From the IMG/VR virus record IMGVR_UViG_3300001533_003144, positions 32,001 to 96,000 of that record: a stretch of 64,000 nucleotides of DNA; one strand, written 5' to 3'. Numbering within the stretch: the stretch's first letter is position 1; each line of letters begins with the position of its first letter. The notes beneath the pieces are model-generated. The model saw nothing but the letters and a program-made list of their open reading frames with translations. It made no database searches and was not told where the DNA came from. The position numbers were made by a program, and so were the translations under genes. This DNA comes from a virus. Shown piece by piece: positions 36,150-45,313 of the stretch.

Positions 36150-36442
36150 TGTGGAGACCTATAAGAAATTCTGCAGGTGAGTGTACTTGTGGTGAGGCTG
36201 TTTTTGGGCTTTACAAGTTTATGGTAAAGTTTGAGGCAGGTGAGTGGGTTACTCGTTGCCCTCAGCTTAATACGGGTTGGATTAGTCTCAAGCTTCCCGA
36301 AAAGACCCCTTTTGAGTTGATCTGTTTCCACGCCTCAAAAAGGCTTTTCCAAGAGTATAAACAAGAAAACGATAAATTTGTTACAAGTTATATAAACTAT
36401 CAAAGGGGATTTCAAAAGGAAGTTGAAGCCCTTAGAAAGTAG
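36146..36442 (+). CDS. Hypothetical protein, possible zinc ribbon
   Basis: CTCG...RCP pattern. Confidence 0.5.
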   Translation: MMWRPIRNSAGECTCGEAVFGLYKFMVKFEAGEWVTRCPQLNTGWISLKLPEKTPFELICFHASKRLFQEYKQENDKFVTSYINYQRGFQKEVEALRK

Positions 36443-36450
36443 ATTGTTAA

Positions 36451-37029
36451 ATGGAGGATTTAATGTTAGCTGTGTTTTATGGTAATTTAATTTTTGCGGA
36501 TTATTTCCCTAAAAACTACCCTTTAAAGGTAGTGAACTTTGAGCACTATTCTTCTTCTAAGGATATGCTTGACGCCGTTACAGACCCTAATTCGGTCGTG
36601 ATTGTTGAAAATGTCTATAAACTGAAAATCTACTATGAATATTTTATCAGTAGGGCAATATCAAACAGTAAAGAAAGTATTGTGGTGTTATCTGAACTCC
36701 GGTTTGATTATTTCAGGGAAGTGAAAAGGGCTATGGCTACTTTTCTTGCTAAACTTTCAAAGGTGCCTAATCCGGTGGTATTCACTTTCCCTTTAGAGGA
36801 GAGGGAGAATAATCTTTATAACCGTATATACCCTGCTGGGTACGATGATTTTTCTTTGTTTGGAGGTAACTTCAAGATGATCGTACCTTTTACGGAGGTT
36901 GATGGCAGTCCTATAGCTATAACCTCTTTAGCTCTACAGAGGAATGTGAAGTTTAAGAACTTTTCAGAGTATCGGGAATATCTCCTATCTTTTCTACCTA
37001 AAGAAGATTCTGGGGGAAGTGCCTCTTAA
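36451..37029 (+). CDS. Hypothetical protein
   Basis: 192-aa ORF; real start is probably ATG 36463 after GGAGG. Confidence 0.55.
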   Translation: MEDLMLAVFYGNLIFADYFPKNYPLKVVNFEHYSSSKDMLDAVTDPNSVVIVENVYKLKIYYEYFISRAISNSKESIVVLSELRFDYFREVKRAMATFLAKLSKVPNPVVFTFPLEERENNLYNRIYPAGYDDFSLFGGNFKMIVPFTEVDGSPIAITSLALQRNVKFKNFSEYREYLLSFLPKEDSGGSAS

Positions 37030-37032
37030 AGC

Positions 37033-37043
37033 TTTATATAATA
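37033..37043 (+). promoter_or_regulatory. Putative late promoter TTTATATAATA
   Basis: Intergenic motif copy marking the return to late genes (spanins, neck). Confidence 0.72.
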
Positions 37044-37067
37044 CTTGAGCAAGGCTGTGAGGTTAAA

Positions 37068-37484
37068 ATGTTTTCGGTTGCCTTTAAAATTATAAAAGAC
37101 TTCGTTTTAAAATACTGGTATGTTGTCCTTATAGCTTTGCTCGTTTTGGCTGTTTTAGCTTATGTGGGTGTATTGAGGTACAGGTTGGTTAGAGTTAATC
37201 GTGAAAATGAGCGGCTTACTACGGAACTGATTGAACAGCAGTTTATTATATCCTCTTTAAAGGAGGAGGTTGCTCGTTTTAAAAAGGAGAGGGTTTACCG
37301 GGACAAGTTAATTAAGGTGTTAGAAGAAATGAAAAGAGAGGAGATTATCCGGGAAAAACATTTTCATACTCAAGTTGAGAATAATAAAACTGTTGTAGAA
37401 AAATATGAGGAAACTAATGATCTTTTACCCGTCTTTTGTGAGATTGATCGGTACTTCGGTATTACTACTGATCAGTGTGAGTAG
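37068..37484 (+). CDS. Inner-membrane spanin (Rz-like)
   Basis: N-terminal TM helix, coiled-coil, C-terminal Cys; overlaps the downstream lipoprotein gene. Confidence 0.7.
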   Translation: MFSVAFKIIKDFVLKYWYVVLIALLVLAVLAYVGVLRYRLVRVNRENERLTTELIEQQFIISSLKEEVARFKKERVYRDKLIKVLEEMKREEIIREKHFHTQVENNKTVVEKYEETNDLLPVFCEIDRYFGITTDQCE

Positions 37485-37758
37485 CTGCTGTCACTTTTGT
37501 CCTACAGAGGTAGTTACTCAGACTCGCTATGTTATACCTGATTTTGCTGAATGCAGTTTATTCTATCCGGAAGAGGTGGAGTACAGTCCCTTACCTAAAA
37601 ACAGTTTAAGTCGGTTTACCGGGGAAGATCTTCTGGTGTTATTGAACAATTTAGCCCTTAGAGAGAAGGAATTAAATTCTCTCAAGGCGGTTATATCTTG
37701 TTACAGTAGGGTTTTAAAGGAAGCTTCTACAGTTTTTAAGGGAGATAAAGATGAATAA
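37405..37758 (+). CDS. Outer-membrane spanin (Rz1-like lipoprotein)
   Basis: Lipobox-like VSS|C followed by a Pro/Cys-containing segment; overlapping-spanin architecture. Confidence 0.65.
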   Translation: MRKLMIFYPSFVRLIGTSVLLLISVSSCCHFCPTEVVTQTRYVIPDFAECSLFYPEEVEYSPLPKNSLSRFTGEDLLVLLNNLALREKELNSLKAVISCYSRVLKEASTVFKGDKDE

Positions 37759-38767
37759 GGTGAATGTTTTTTATGTGGATCAGTTTTATAGTGATATAGT
37801 CCTTCTGGGGGATTCTGCTCCTGCCAAAGTACATTGTTGTGAGTTAAGTTTACCTTTTGCACTGGCAGCAGAAGTAAAGACTCCTAAACTTTTTGCAGGT
37901 GAACTTACTCATATCATACTTAAAAGTGATTCAGGTTACGGGTTTAGTCCTAATTTGGTTTGTATTTCTGGAGACACTATTATTACCCCTGTACTGATTA
38001 GTGAGGGTATTTTGGCTATCCCTGTAAAAAAGAGTGCCGGTACACATAGTTTTGTTCTTACGGACGGGGTTTCTAACTTAGGGTTTTCGGTAGAGTTTGT
38101 GGGTGTGTTAGATTCTGTGGATACTTTTTCTTTTATAGACAAGTATTACTTTCCTTTCTTTGGTGGATTAACTCGTAAGGTTGTTTTAGAGGTTGATTCT
38201 TCTTTTCAAATACACAAAATTACCGCTAATGGGATACCTGTAGGGGATTTGTCTTTTCTGGATTCTCATTATGTCCTCTTCAGTTGTTCTTTTCCTTTAA
38301 ATGGTTCCTATGGTATTGTTCTATATGATGATGAAGATAACATTCTACATTCGTTTTCGGTTACAGTTGCTTTGGAGCAGCAAATAGATGTAGGTGTTGT
38401 CGGTACTTTTTTTGAGGACTTTATGTATGTTTATCTTCTTTCCGGCCAGTATCCTGCAGGAGGTGTGTTTGTCATAGATCATGGTGATTTTCTTATTAAA
38501 CCTGTCTCAAATTTGGAGACATTGCCCGACAAGATGGCGTTATCTGAATCCGATAGGTTCGTTTTTGTTGTTCGGGACAGGGCAGGTGGTGTTGTTCCTT
38601 TAACGGGCTATACCATTACTTCTCAGGGGTTTTCTTTGTCGGGTTTTACTGATCACAATGGGGTTATCTCTTTATCTTGGTATCAGTTACCTAAAGTTTT
38701 TGATCTGAGTTTTTCCAGCTATGACTTGACTTATCTTAACTGTACATTAAGCAATAAGGGAAAATAA
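37751..38767 (+). CDS. Beta-rich virion structural protein
   Basis: Ig-like beta-strand pattern; lies in a late operon. Confidence 0.5.
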   Translation: MNKVNVFYVDQFYSDIVLLGDSAPAKVHCCELSLPFALAAEVKTPKLFAGELTHIILKSDSGYGFSPNLVCISGDTIITPVLISEGILAIPVKKSAGTHSFVLTDGVSNLGFSVEFVGVLDSVDTFSFIDKYYFPFFGGLTRKVVLEVDSSFQIHKITANGIPVGDLSFLDSHYVLFSCSFPLNGSYGIVLYDDEDNILHSFSVTVALEQQIDVGVVGTFFEDFMYVYLLSGQYPAGGVFVIDHGDFLIKPVSNLETLPDKMALSESDRFVFVVRDRAGGVVPLTGYTITSQGFSLSGFTDHNGVISLSWYQLPKVFDLSFSSYDLTYLNCTLSNKGK

Positions 38768-39522
38768 TGCGAATCTTCTTTGATCGGCAATTTAAGCAGA
38801 TGCAGGTTGTTACTGAGATAGAGAACCTTTCAGAGTTCGTTTTGCTAGAAGTATATCGCGGTACCTTTTCTCCTTTAGAAGAACCGGGTCAGAGTAAGTT
38901 TCTGGCAGATAACTCTCCTACAGATATTTTTTTTATAGACTTTAAATACTCCTATAGGCAAACTGGTAATGTTTATCTCGTGGGTGTCCTTGCTGACGGA
39001 AACAAGAGAGCAGTTTCATCCTGTTCTATATCTTCAGGGACACATCATAACAACATGTATGATAATGCTGTCCGGGGTCTTAATACTCGGAAGGACTGGT
39101 ATCAGAAGCTGAGGTCTGAAAGGGTTAAGATATTTTTTAAGTCTCTTCAAGGTACTTGCACATGCTGGGATGAAGAGATGAAGGTGGCTAACCCTAATTG
39201 TGCTTTGTGTGGGGGTTCGGGTAAGGTGTTGGGTTATGTGGGTAGTTATTTTAATGTAATGATTGACAATGATTTTAAAAAGGTCAAAATGCGTACACAG
39301 GAAGGTAGATCTGTGTCCGTTGAGGGTTTAGAGGGTTGGCTTTTTAAGTATCCTTTTGTTAATGATGAATGTATCTTGGAAAGAAAAAGCGGTGATCGTT
39401 ATACAATAAATAATGTTACCTATAAACATTTCGGGGGGCATTTGATTGAAATGAGTTTTATGTTGATTATGTTAGGGGATTCATTTAATTTTAAACTGAC
39501 TTTACTTGGTGGTGGTGATTAG
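38767..39522 (+). CDS. Head-closure/neck protein with zinc finger
   Basis: ERVKIF...CTCWD...CALCGGSG..GY...RYTINNV pattern and synteny with tail genes. Confidence 0.55.
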   Translation: MRIFFDRQFKQMQVVTEIENLSEFVLLEVYRGTFSPLEEPGQSKFLADNSPTDIFFIDFKYSYRQTGNVYLVGVLADGNKRAVSSCSISSGTHHNNMYDNAVRGLNTRKDWYQKLRSERVKIFFKSLQGTCTCWDEEMKVANPNCALCGGSGKVLGYVGSYFNVMIDNDFKKVKMRTQEGRSVSVEGLEGWLFKYPFVNDECILERKSGDRYTINNVTYKHFGGHLIEMSFMLIMLGDSFNFKLTLLGGGD

Positions 39523-39523
39523 T

Positions 39524-40183
39524 ATGGAAATTACATTGTATATGGGTGAGGTTCAGCATACCTTTATTGTTTCTAAGTTTATTAAACGGTTTATAATTCC
39601 CTTGGAGGAGATTTCCCGTATCTTAGGTAAACCTAACGGCTTCGAGGTTATGCGTGTAGTTCGTGAAGGGAAGTTGTTCAATTTTGTAGTTGAGACTGAT
39701 GAGAAAAACCTGTCGGCAATAGCGCCGTTAAAACCGGGAGATTTTTCTTTTCTAGTTCAAAAAACTAATGAAGGGGGTTTTGGGTTTAGCCGGTTTGTTT
39801 TAGACAGTGAGGTTAGTGGCTGTTCTCAAGGGGTTATTACGGTTATTGTTAAAAGTTGTGATAAACCTCCTTACAGTGGGTATTATTTGAATGGGTTCTG
39901 GGGTTATCCTGTGGAGCCTGAGCCTTTCTCCTTTTCTTTGTCGGTTGAGCGGCAAAAGAAAAGTATTGAGTTTTGGTCAAAAAATGCTTACAGACTTAAT
40001 GGTAAAGAGATAGATACTTCTCAAGTGATTATTTCAATATCGGATCACACTCCGGAGAACATAGAAAAGCTGGAATCTTCTTTAGGGAGGTCTTTAAGCC
40101 CAATAGGAAGGTGTAGTTTAAGTCCTGATTATAAACAGGTTTTAATAGACTCTAAAGGAGAATTTTTTGCTTTACGGGGATAA
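39524..40183 (+). CDS. Hypothetical protein in the neck region
   Basis: ATG 39524 follows GGTGGTG. Confidence 0.5.
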   Translation: MEITLYMGEVQHTFIVSKFIKRFIIPLEEISRILGKPNGFEVMRVVREGKLFNFVVETDEKNLSAIAPLKPGDFSFLVQKTNEGGFGFSRFVLDSEVSGCSQGVITVIVKSCDKPPYSGYYLNGFWGYPVEPEPFSFSLSVERQKKSIEFWSKNAYRLNGKEIDTSQVIISISDHTPENIEKLESSLGRSLSPIGRCSLSPDYKQVLIDSKGEFFALRG

Positions 40184-40843
40184 ATGAAAAGTATTCAAGA
40201 GCTTATTACGGAAAACATTAACAGGTTTAGAGGGGATCGTGGTGACTGGTCGCCCGTTCCTGTAGGAGACCGGGAGCTTATTTCAAGAGGGTTTTATCTT
40301 CTTTTACTTCACCTGTTTTCTGTTGAAGGTATTGCCGATGCCTACCCTAACTTACCTTGTGACTTTATAGAGAACATCAAAGAAGGTTCGGGTCTTTTTG
40401 TGAAAGGTGCAGATGTTAAGGCGGTAAACCCTTCTTTGATGGTCGGTTTTCCTTCTGGGTCTTTCCGATTACTTCAGTTAGGGGTTGGTTCACATAATGA
40501 GGATAGGTCCGAGCCTGATTTTGTGGTTAAGAAAAAGTTTTCTGGATCCATATCTTTATCCTCAAAAGGTAGAACCTCTCTGGAAGCTTGTAGAATTATA
40601 GATATTGTAGAGTCTGCTTTAAATAGTGTTTTATCTGACTGTTTAAGGGCTTTATCTATACAGATTACCTCTATAAATGTTTCGGATGGTAAGGAAGATA
40701 AAGCAGGAAACGATGTTCCTTATTGGAGGTTCGATACAGTTATTACTTGTGATATTCCTGACCTAACTGCTTTATATGGTCTCAGTCCTGATTATGGTGT
40801 TTTTAAGGATCTGTACCTTGACGAGATAGAGGTTAAAGCGTGA
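40184..40843 (+). CDS. Tail terminator/completion protein
   Basis: Immediately upstream of the sheath; PSLMV...GSISLSSKGRTSLEACRIIDIV pattern. Confidence 0.5.
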   Translation: MKSIQELITENINRFRGDRGDWSPVPVGDRELISRGFYLLLLHLFSVEGIADAYPNLPCDFIENIKEGSGLFVKGADVKAVNPSLMVGFPSGSFRLLQLGVGSHNEDRSEPDFVVKKKFSGSISLSSKGRTSLEACRIIDIVESALNSVLSDCLRALSIQITSINVSDGKEDKAGNDVPYWRFDTVITCDIPDLTALYGLSPDYGVFKDLYLDEIEVKA

Positions 40844-40858
40844 GGCTAAAGATAGAAG

Positions 40859-40869
40859 TTTATAGAATA
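40859..40869 (+). promoter_or_regulatory. Putative late promoter TTTATAGAATA
   Basis: Intergenic motif copy upstream of the sheath gene. Confidence 0.7.
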
Positions 40870-40921
40870 CAGTGTATTTGGTTGTTTTGACTTTTTTTTT
40901 ACTTTAATAGGGAGAAATGTT

Positions 40922-43282
40922 ATGAGTTACAAGAAACCTCAAGTTATTACCAAAAGAGATAACTTAACCGGGAACAGGGCTTCGGCTGGGGTGTTTACCA
41001 ATGTTGGTATTATTGGTGAAGGTTCTGGGGGTGTTTCCTCTGTACCTAAGACGGTTATAAGATCTGCTGTAGGGCTTAGTGATTTTGTTGATCCTAATAT
41101 GCGTTCTGCTGAATGCTCATATCTTGGATTCAATTACCTAGAAGGTGTGGATTATGATGTTACTTCCGAAGGTAAGATACTTTGGAAAGCTACTAAAATA
41201 TCTAATCCTTACCTGATGAAGGTGCTTGTAAGTGATTCGGGTAGTTTACCTGTCGGGAATTATTACTATGCTGTAACTGCAATTAAAAAGGTTACAACAG
41301 ATGCGTTTGGTGAGTCTCTTCCGTCTAATGTCTTGGGTGCTGTGCTTGGTACAGTAGGTAAGGCTGTCCTGAATTGGTCTGAAGTTGAGCTTGCTGACGG
41401 TTATCGTATTTATCGGGGGACTTCTCCTACAAACCTGACACTCATCAGGGAAATTTCTGGGGGTAATACTACGGTATGGGAAGATACAGGTATTTATACC
41501 CCTGGAGCTACTTCTCTTCCGGCTTCAAATACAGCATATAAAAGACCTCCTACAAGTGAGGAAGATACTAAAGGGTACTGGTCTGGTGGGGATGCTTCGG
41601 GAAACTTGGCTTCTCTTGAGGCCGTAGCTGATGGTTCTATTAAAATAGATGCGGATAGTCGAGGTGTTGTAGAGGTTACTGGGGTTGGTTTTACCAGTCT
41701 TGTCGATCCTGATCTTAGTGACATTGCAGCACATCTTCAGTCTGTTGCAAGGGAGCAGCTAGGGGATCGTGGTTTTTATATATCAGGGTCGGCTTCGTTA
41801 AATCTGAGTACCCTTGTTGGGGTTACTACAGGTAGATTAAATATTAGGCTTGATGGCGGTGCTTTAGCAGAAACTGGGGATATAGATCTTAGTTCTGCTG
41901 AGACTCTGGGAGATGTTGCCGGTCTTATTCAGGCGGAATTACGGTCGGCTACAGCTACTCAGGTTACTTGTGAGTACGATACTGATCAAGGTGTCTTTAT
42001 TATTACTTCCGAGAAAGGGGGTTCTGCTTCTAAAGTTGAGTTTGATGCTCCCTCGACTGGGGTGGATTTGAGATTAAGTCCTTATCTGAACCTTGCTGGA
42101 GGTACGGGTGTTGATGGTAAACCTTATGCAATTGAAATAGAGTATGTGGCGGTTTCTTCCAGTTTTGTTATAACTTCTGCTACTGCCGGGGATAGTTCTT
42201 CTATAGATGTTACTGCTGGGGAGACCGGTACAGATCTTTCTGTTGCAGGTTTGACTGCTTTAGACTTGTCCGCCGGGGGTTCTGGTGTTGTAGGTGTTAC
42301 TGGTGAGAAGGTTACTTATGAGGTGGATGCTGCTATAGTCGGTCAGAACTTCTTTGAAGCTGAGACTTTCTTTGATCTTATTTCTCTTGGTATGGCTCAC
42401 GGGTTTGATTCTCAACTATATGCTGTTGCTAAGGATATGATGTCTGAGCCTCCTCAAGGTTTTGGTACTCCTATGTTGACAGTTGTAGCTGTTCCTGAAA
42501 TGACCCGTTCTTCTGTAGGGGGTGCTTTACAGGAGCTTGGTAAAGTAGATGTTGATATTGTTGTGGCTATTTCAAATGATGTGGACATAGCAAGGGATAT
42601 TGTGTCCCACTCAGTTCACTTCAGTAGGGATGATATTAAAAAAGAGCGTGTAGCTATTGTTTCTCTTGATGCTTCTAAGGTGTCTTACAACGATTTTATT
42701 TCTCTGGCAAAAGAGTTTTCAGTACACGGCGATCGTGCTGTTGTTGTGTATGATAACTATACTAATGAGGGCTATGTTTCTCCTCTTCTGGCAGCAATGC
42801 AAGCAGCCCTTCCTGACAGGGCTACCTCTACTTTAACTTCTACTTTTAGCACTAATCTCCCTGTCAGAAAATCAGGTAGAGTGGACGGTAAAGCAGAGAC
42901 ATATATGCTTAGTCAGGGGGTTCTTGTTATATCTAAAAACGAAGAAAATGTTCTCACCGTTATTGACGACCTTACTTGCGGAGGTCCTTCTTTGGATCTT
43001 CCTGGTAGGCTGGTTGAGGACTTTCTTAGAAAAACGCTGAGAAGGGCTTGCTCCCCTCTGAAGGGTCTCAAGATCCGTGACAGAATTACTACGGGTGTAG
43101 AAGAGATAGGTAGAGCTACTTTGGATTCTTTTACTTTCTTGGAGCTTATAGATTCTTGGTTGCCTGAGACTCTTGTGGCATCCCCTCATCCTACTAATCC
43201 TGAAGGGGTTGTCTTGAGATTCACCTATGTCAGGGGCAGAACATTGAAACTGATCGAGGTTGCTTATACTGTTATCGGTTAA
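40922..43282 (+). CDS. Contractile tail sheath protein with inserted FN3-like and duplicated domains
   Basis: MSYKKPQV...GIIGEG N-terminus; KKERVAIV, GVLVI, EDFLRKTLR, LRFTYV...LKLIEV C-terminus; YYYAVTA...GES...LNW...GYRIYRG (FN3). Confidence 0.85.
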   Translation: MSYKKPQVITKRDNLTGNRASAGVFTNVGIIGEGSGGVSSVPKTVIRSAVGLSDFVDPNMRSAECSYLGFNYLEGVDYDVTSEGKILWKATKISNPYLMKVLVSDSGSLPVGNYYYAVTAIKKVTTDAFGESLPSNVLGAVLGTVGKAVLNWSEVELADGYRIYRGTSPTNLTLIREISGGNTTVWEDTGIYTPGATSLPASNTAYKRPPTSEEDTKGYWSGGDASGNLASLEAVADGSIKIDADSRGVVEVTGVGFTSLVDPDLSDIAAHLQSVAREQLGDRGFYISGSASLNLSTLVGVTTGRLNIRLDGGALAETGDIDLSSAETLGDVAGLIQAELRSATATQVTCEYDTDQGVFIITSEKGGSASKVEFDAPSTGVDLRLSPYLNLAGGTGVDGKPYAIEIEYVAVSSSFVITSATAGDSSSIDVTAGETGTDLSVAGLTALDLSAGGSGVVGVTGEKVTYEVDAAIVGQNFFEAETFFDLISLGMAHGFDSQLYAVAKDMMSEPPQGFGTPMLTVVAVPEMTRSSVGGALQELGKVDVDIVVAISNDVDIARDIVSHSVHFSRDDIKKERVAIVSLDASKVSYNDFISLAKEFSVHGDRAVVVYDNYTNEGYVSPLLAAMQAALPDRATSTLTSTFSTNLPVRKSGRVDGKAETYMLSQGVLVISKNEENVLTVIDDLTCGGPSLDLPGRLVEDFLRKTLRRACSPLKGLKIRDRITTGVEEIGRATLDSFTFLELIDSWLPETLVASPHPTNPEGVVLRFTYVRGRTLKLIEVAYTVIG

Positions 43283-43312
43283 TTTTACATTATTTAGTTT
43301 CGGGGGGTCTCT

Positions 43313-45301
43313 ATGTTTAAGGAATTTCTAAACAAGCTTGCTCAAGACAAAGAAAAGGCATACAATCAGATAGATTTCTTTCTGGAAGATGTTCTTGAGA
43401 TGTCAGAGGAGTTAATGGCTTCTGAAGGGTTTGAGAGCTTCTCTGGTAAGTTTACTCAAAGTCCGGGGTATAAAAGGTTACTGGGTTTTGAGATAGATAT
43501 AGATCCTCCGGAATATTCTGATATAGAAAAAGCCATAAAGTATAAGTTTGGTGACAGTAGTGATATTACTTTTGGTGAGTCCGATTATTATCGGGTTTAC
43601 TCAGAGCAATTGTTTACTGATCTGTTGGGTGATTATGATTCTACAGATGGTTTTGTTGGTATTAAGGTGCAGGACTTGGATCCTGAAGTTGACCAGGAAA
43701 AGGCGGCAGAGGTTCTTATCCGGGTACTTAAATCAGGGGAGTATGATTCCGAGTTGGTTCCTGTTTTTGAGGATCTGTTCCCTGATGGTGAGATCGATCT
43801 TAAATCTTTTACATCTGATACTGATCTTTATTTGGTGCTAAAAACTGCCGGGGTACTGGATTCTGTTGTTTCTGAGATTGCAAAAGAGGGCGTTGTCCTT
43901 AAAAAGCTTTCTAAACTGGAAGATCTCAAAGAAGCTATAGATAATTCTTTAGCTTCTATTAACGATCCTCAGTTCTGGGTAGATTGGGTTGATACTGAGG
44001 AACTTGTTTCAGAAGAGAAAGAAGATACGGTTAAGGCTTCTGTTGAGCGGGTTTTTGATGGTAAAGATCCTTTAAGGGTTAAGGTTAAGTCCTCCGATGT
44101 TGGGGTTTCCCTTTCTGAGTTAGAGTCCGACTATTCTGAGGGTTACTCAGATGATTCCTCTTTGCGAGTGTTTCTTTCCGGTAGAGATCCTTATTATGTT
44201 GTTATTGATGGTAATATTTACCCTGTGGGGGATAAAGAAGGTACTGCTCCTGATTTGCAAAGAGACAATCCTGATTATGGTACAGTTTTTTACAGGATAG
44301 AAGGTAATAGTGAACTCCTTTTATTGCGAGATGTTCACGAGGGTTCTTATTCTATCTATGATAGTAGTGGTCTTAACTTAGGGGACTTCTTGTTTTGTCC
44401 TTCTGACCTTGAGGAGCGTTTTGATATTGCTAGGGATGTCTATCAGTTTGATTTTCAGGATTCTACTTTAATAGTGTCTGAAGAAGTTTTGGTTGAGTTG
44501 AGTGGTACGGGTACTGTAGATCATTACGCTTTAAAGAGGATTAATGGGGATATTTACATTGGGTACTTATCTCGTTATGCTGATAGTGGGTGGTTCTTGT
44601 TTCCTTACCCAGACGGAGGGTTTTTAAAAGAAGATTTTCCGGATTCTTTTTTGGAGGAGGTTCTTGCTTTCGTTTCGGGTCAGGTGGGTAATGAAGATAA
44701 TACCGTTGAAGCTAAAGTAAAGGCTTCATACCCTAGGGAAGTTACCGAGTCCTTTGCTCGGGCTTTAAAGGAAGAAAAACCTGAATGGTTTGAAGAGATT
44801 GTTTCCCGTATAAGGGCTGAAAGGTCTATGGATAATATTCATTTTAAAGATAAAGAGATTTCAGATTACTTTGTAGGTCAGAAGGTGTTGGGTTTGTATC
44901 AGGTAGGTCTCTTAGATTCTCTTGTATCTTTTGATAAGGAGTTGGAGTCCTTTGTTTCTGATAAGCTGCCCTCTATGCCTAATGTTGAAGGTTCTCAGGT
45001 AGAGTTTGGTATGGAAGGTTCCCCAGCAGGATCCGAATACACCCCGAAAGACTATGCCGAGATGTTGGAGGAAAGGTTTTTGAACTCCTTTGGAGATATG
45101 GGTGATTATACTCCGGAAGTTTATTTTACTTTAGAAAGTTGGGAATATCCTTCAATAGTCTTTGCGGTTACTGAGGAGGTTTCTGATCCTGATCAGCTTC
45201 AGCAGCGGTTTGACTGGTTGACTACTGCCGGGGTAGAGTATCTTAAAGAGAACGGTTATCGGGGTAATTTATATATTGGGGATCATGGTATTACAATATA
45301 A
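43313..45301 (+). CDS. Acidic multi-module polyprotein
   Basis: D/E-rich modules separated by TVKAS, KVKSS and TVEAKVKAS. Confidence 0.65.
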   Translation: MFKEFLNKLAQDKEKAYNQIDFFLEDVLEMSEELMASEGFESFSGKFTQSPGYKRLLGFEIDIDPPEYSDIEKAIKYKFGDSSDITFGESDYYRVYSEQLFTDLLGDYDSTDGFVGIKVQDLDPEVDQEKAAEVLIRVLKSGEYDSELVPVFEDLFPDGEIDLKSFTSDTDLYLVLKTAGVLDSVVSEIAKEGVVLKKLSKLEDLKEAIDNSLASINDPQFWVDWVDTEELVSEEKEDTVKASVERVFDGKDPLRVKVKSSDVGVSLSELESDYSEGYSDDSSLRVFLSGRDPYYVVIDGNIYPVGDKEGTAPDLQRDNPDYGTVFYRIEGNSELLLLRDVHEGSYSIYDSSGLNLGDFLFCPSDLEERFDIARDVYQFDFQDSTLIVSEEVLVELSGTGTVDHYALKRINGDIYIGYLSRYADSGWFLFPYPDGGFLKEDFPDSFLEEVLAFVSGQVGNEDNTVEAKVKASYPREVTESFARALKEEKPEWFEEIVSRIRAERSMDNIHFKDKEISDYFVGQKVLGLYQVGLLDSLVSFDKELESFVSDKLPSMPNVEGSQVEFGMEGSPAGSEYTPKDYAEMLEERFLNSFGDMGDYTPEVYFTLESWEYPSIVFAVTEEVSDPDQLQQRFDWLTTAGVEYLKENGYRGNLYIGDHGITI

Positions 45302-45313
45302 AGGGAGTTAATT

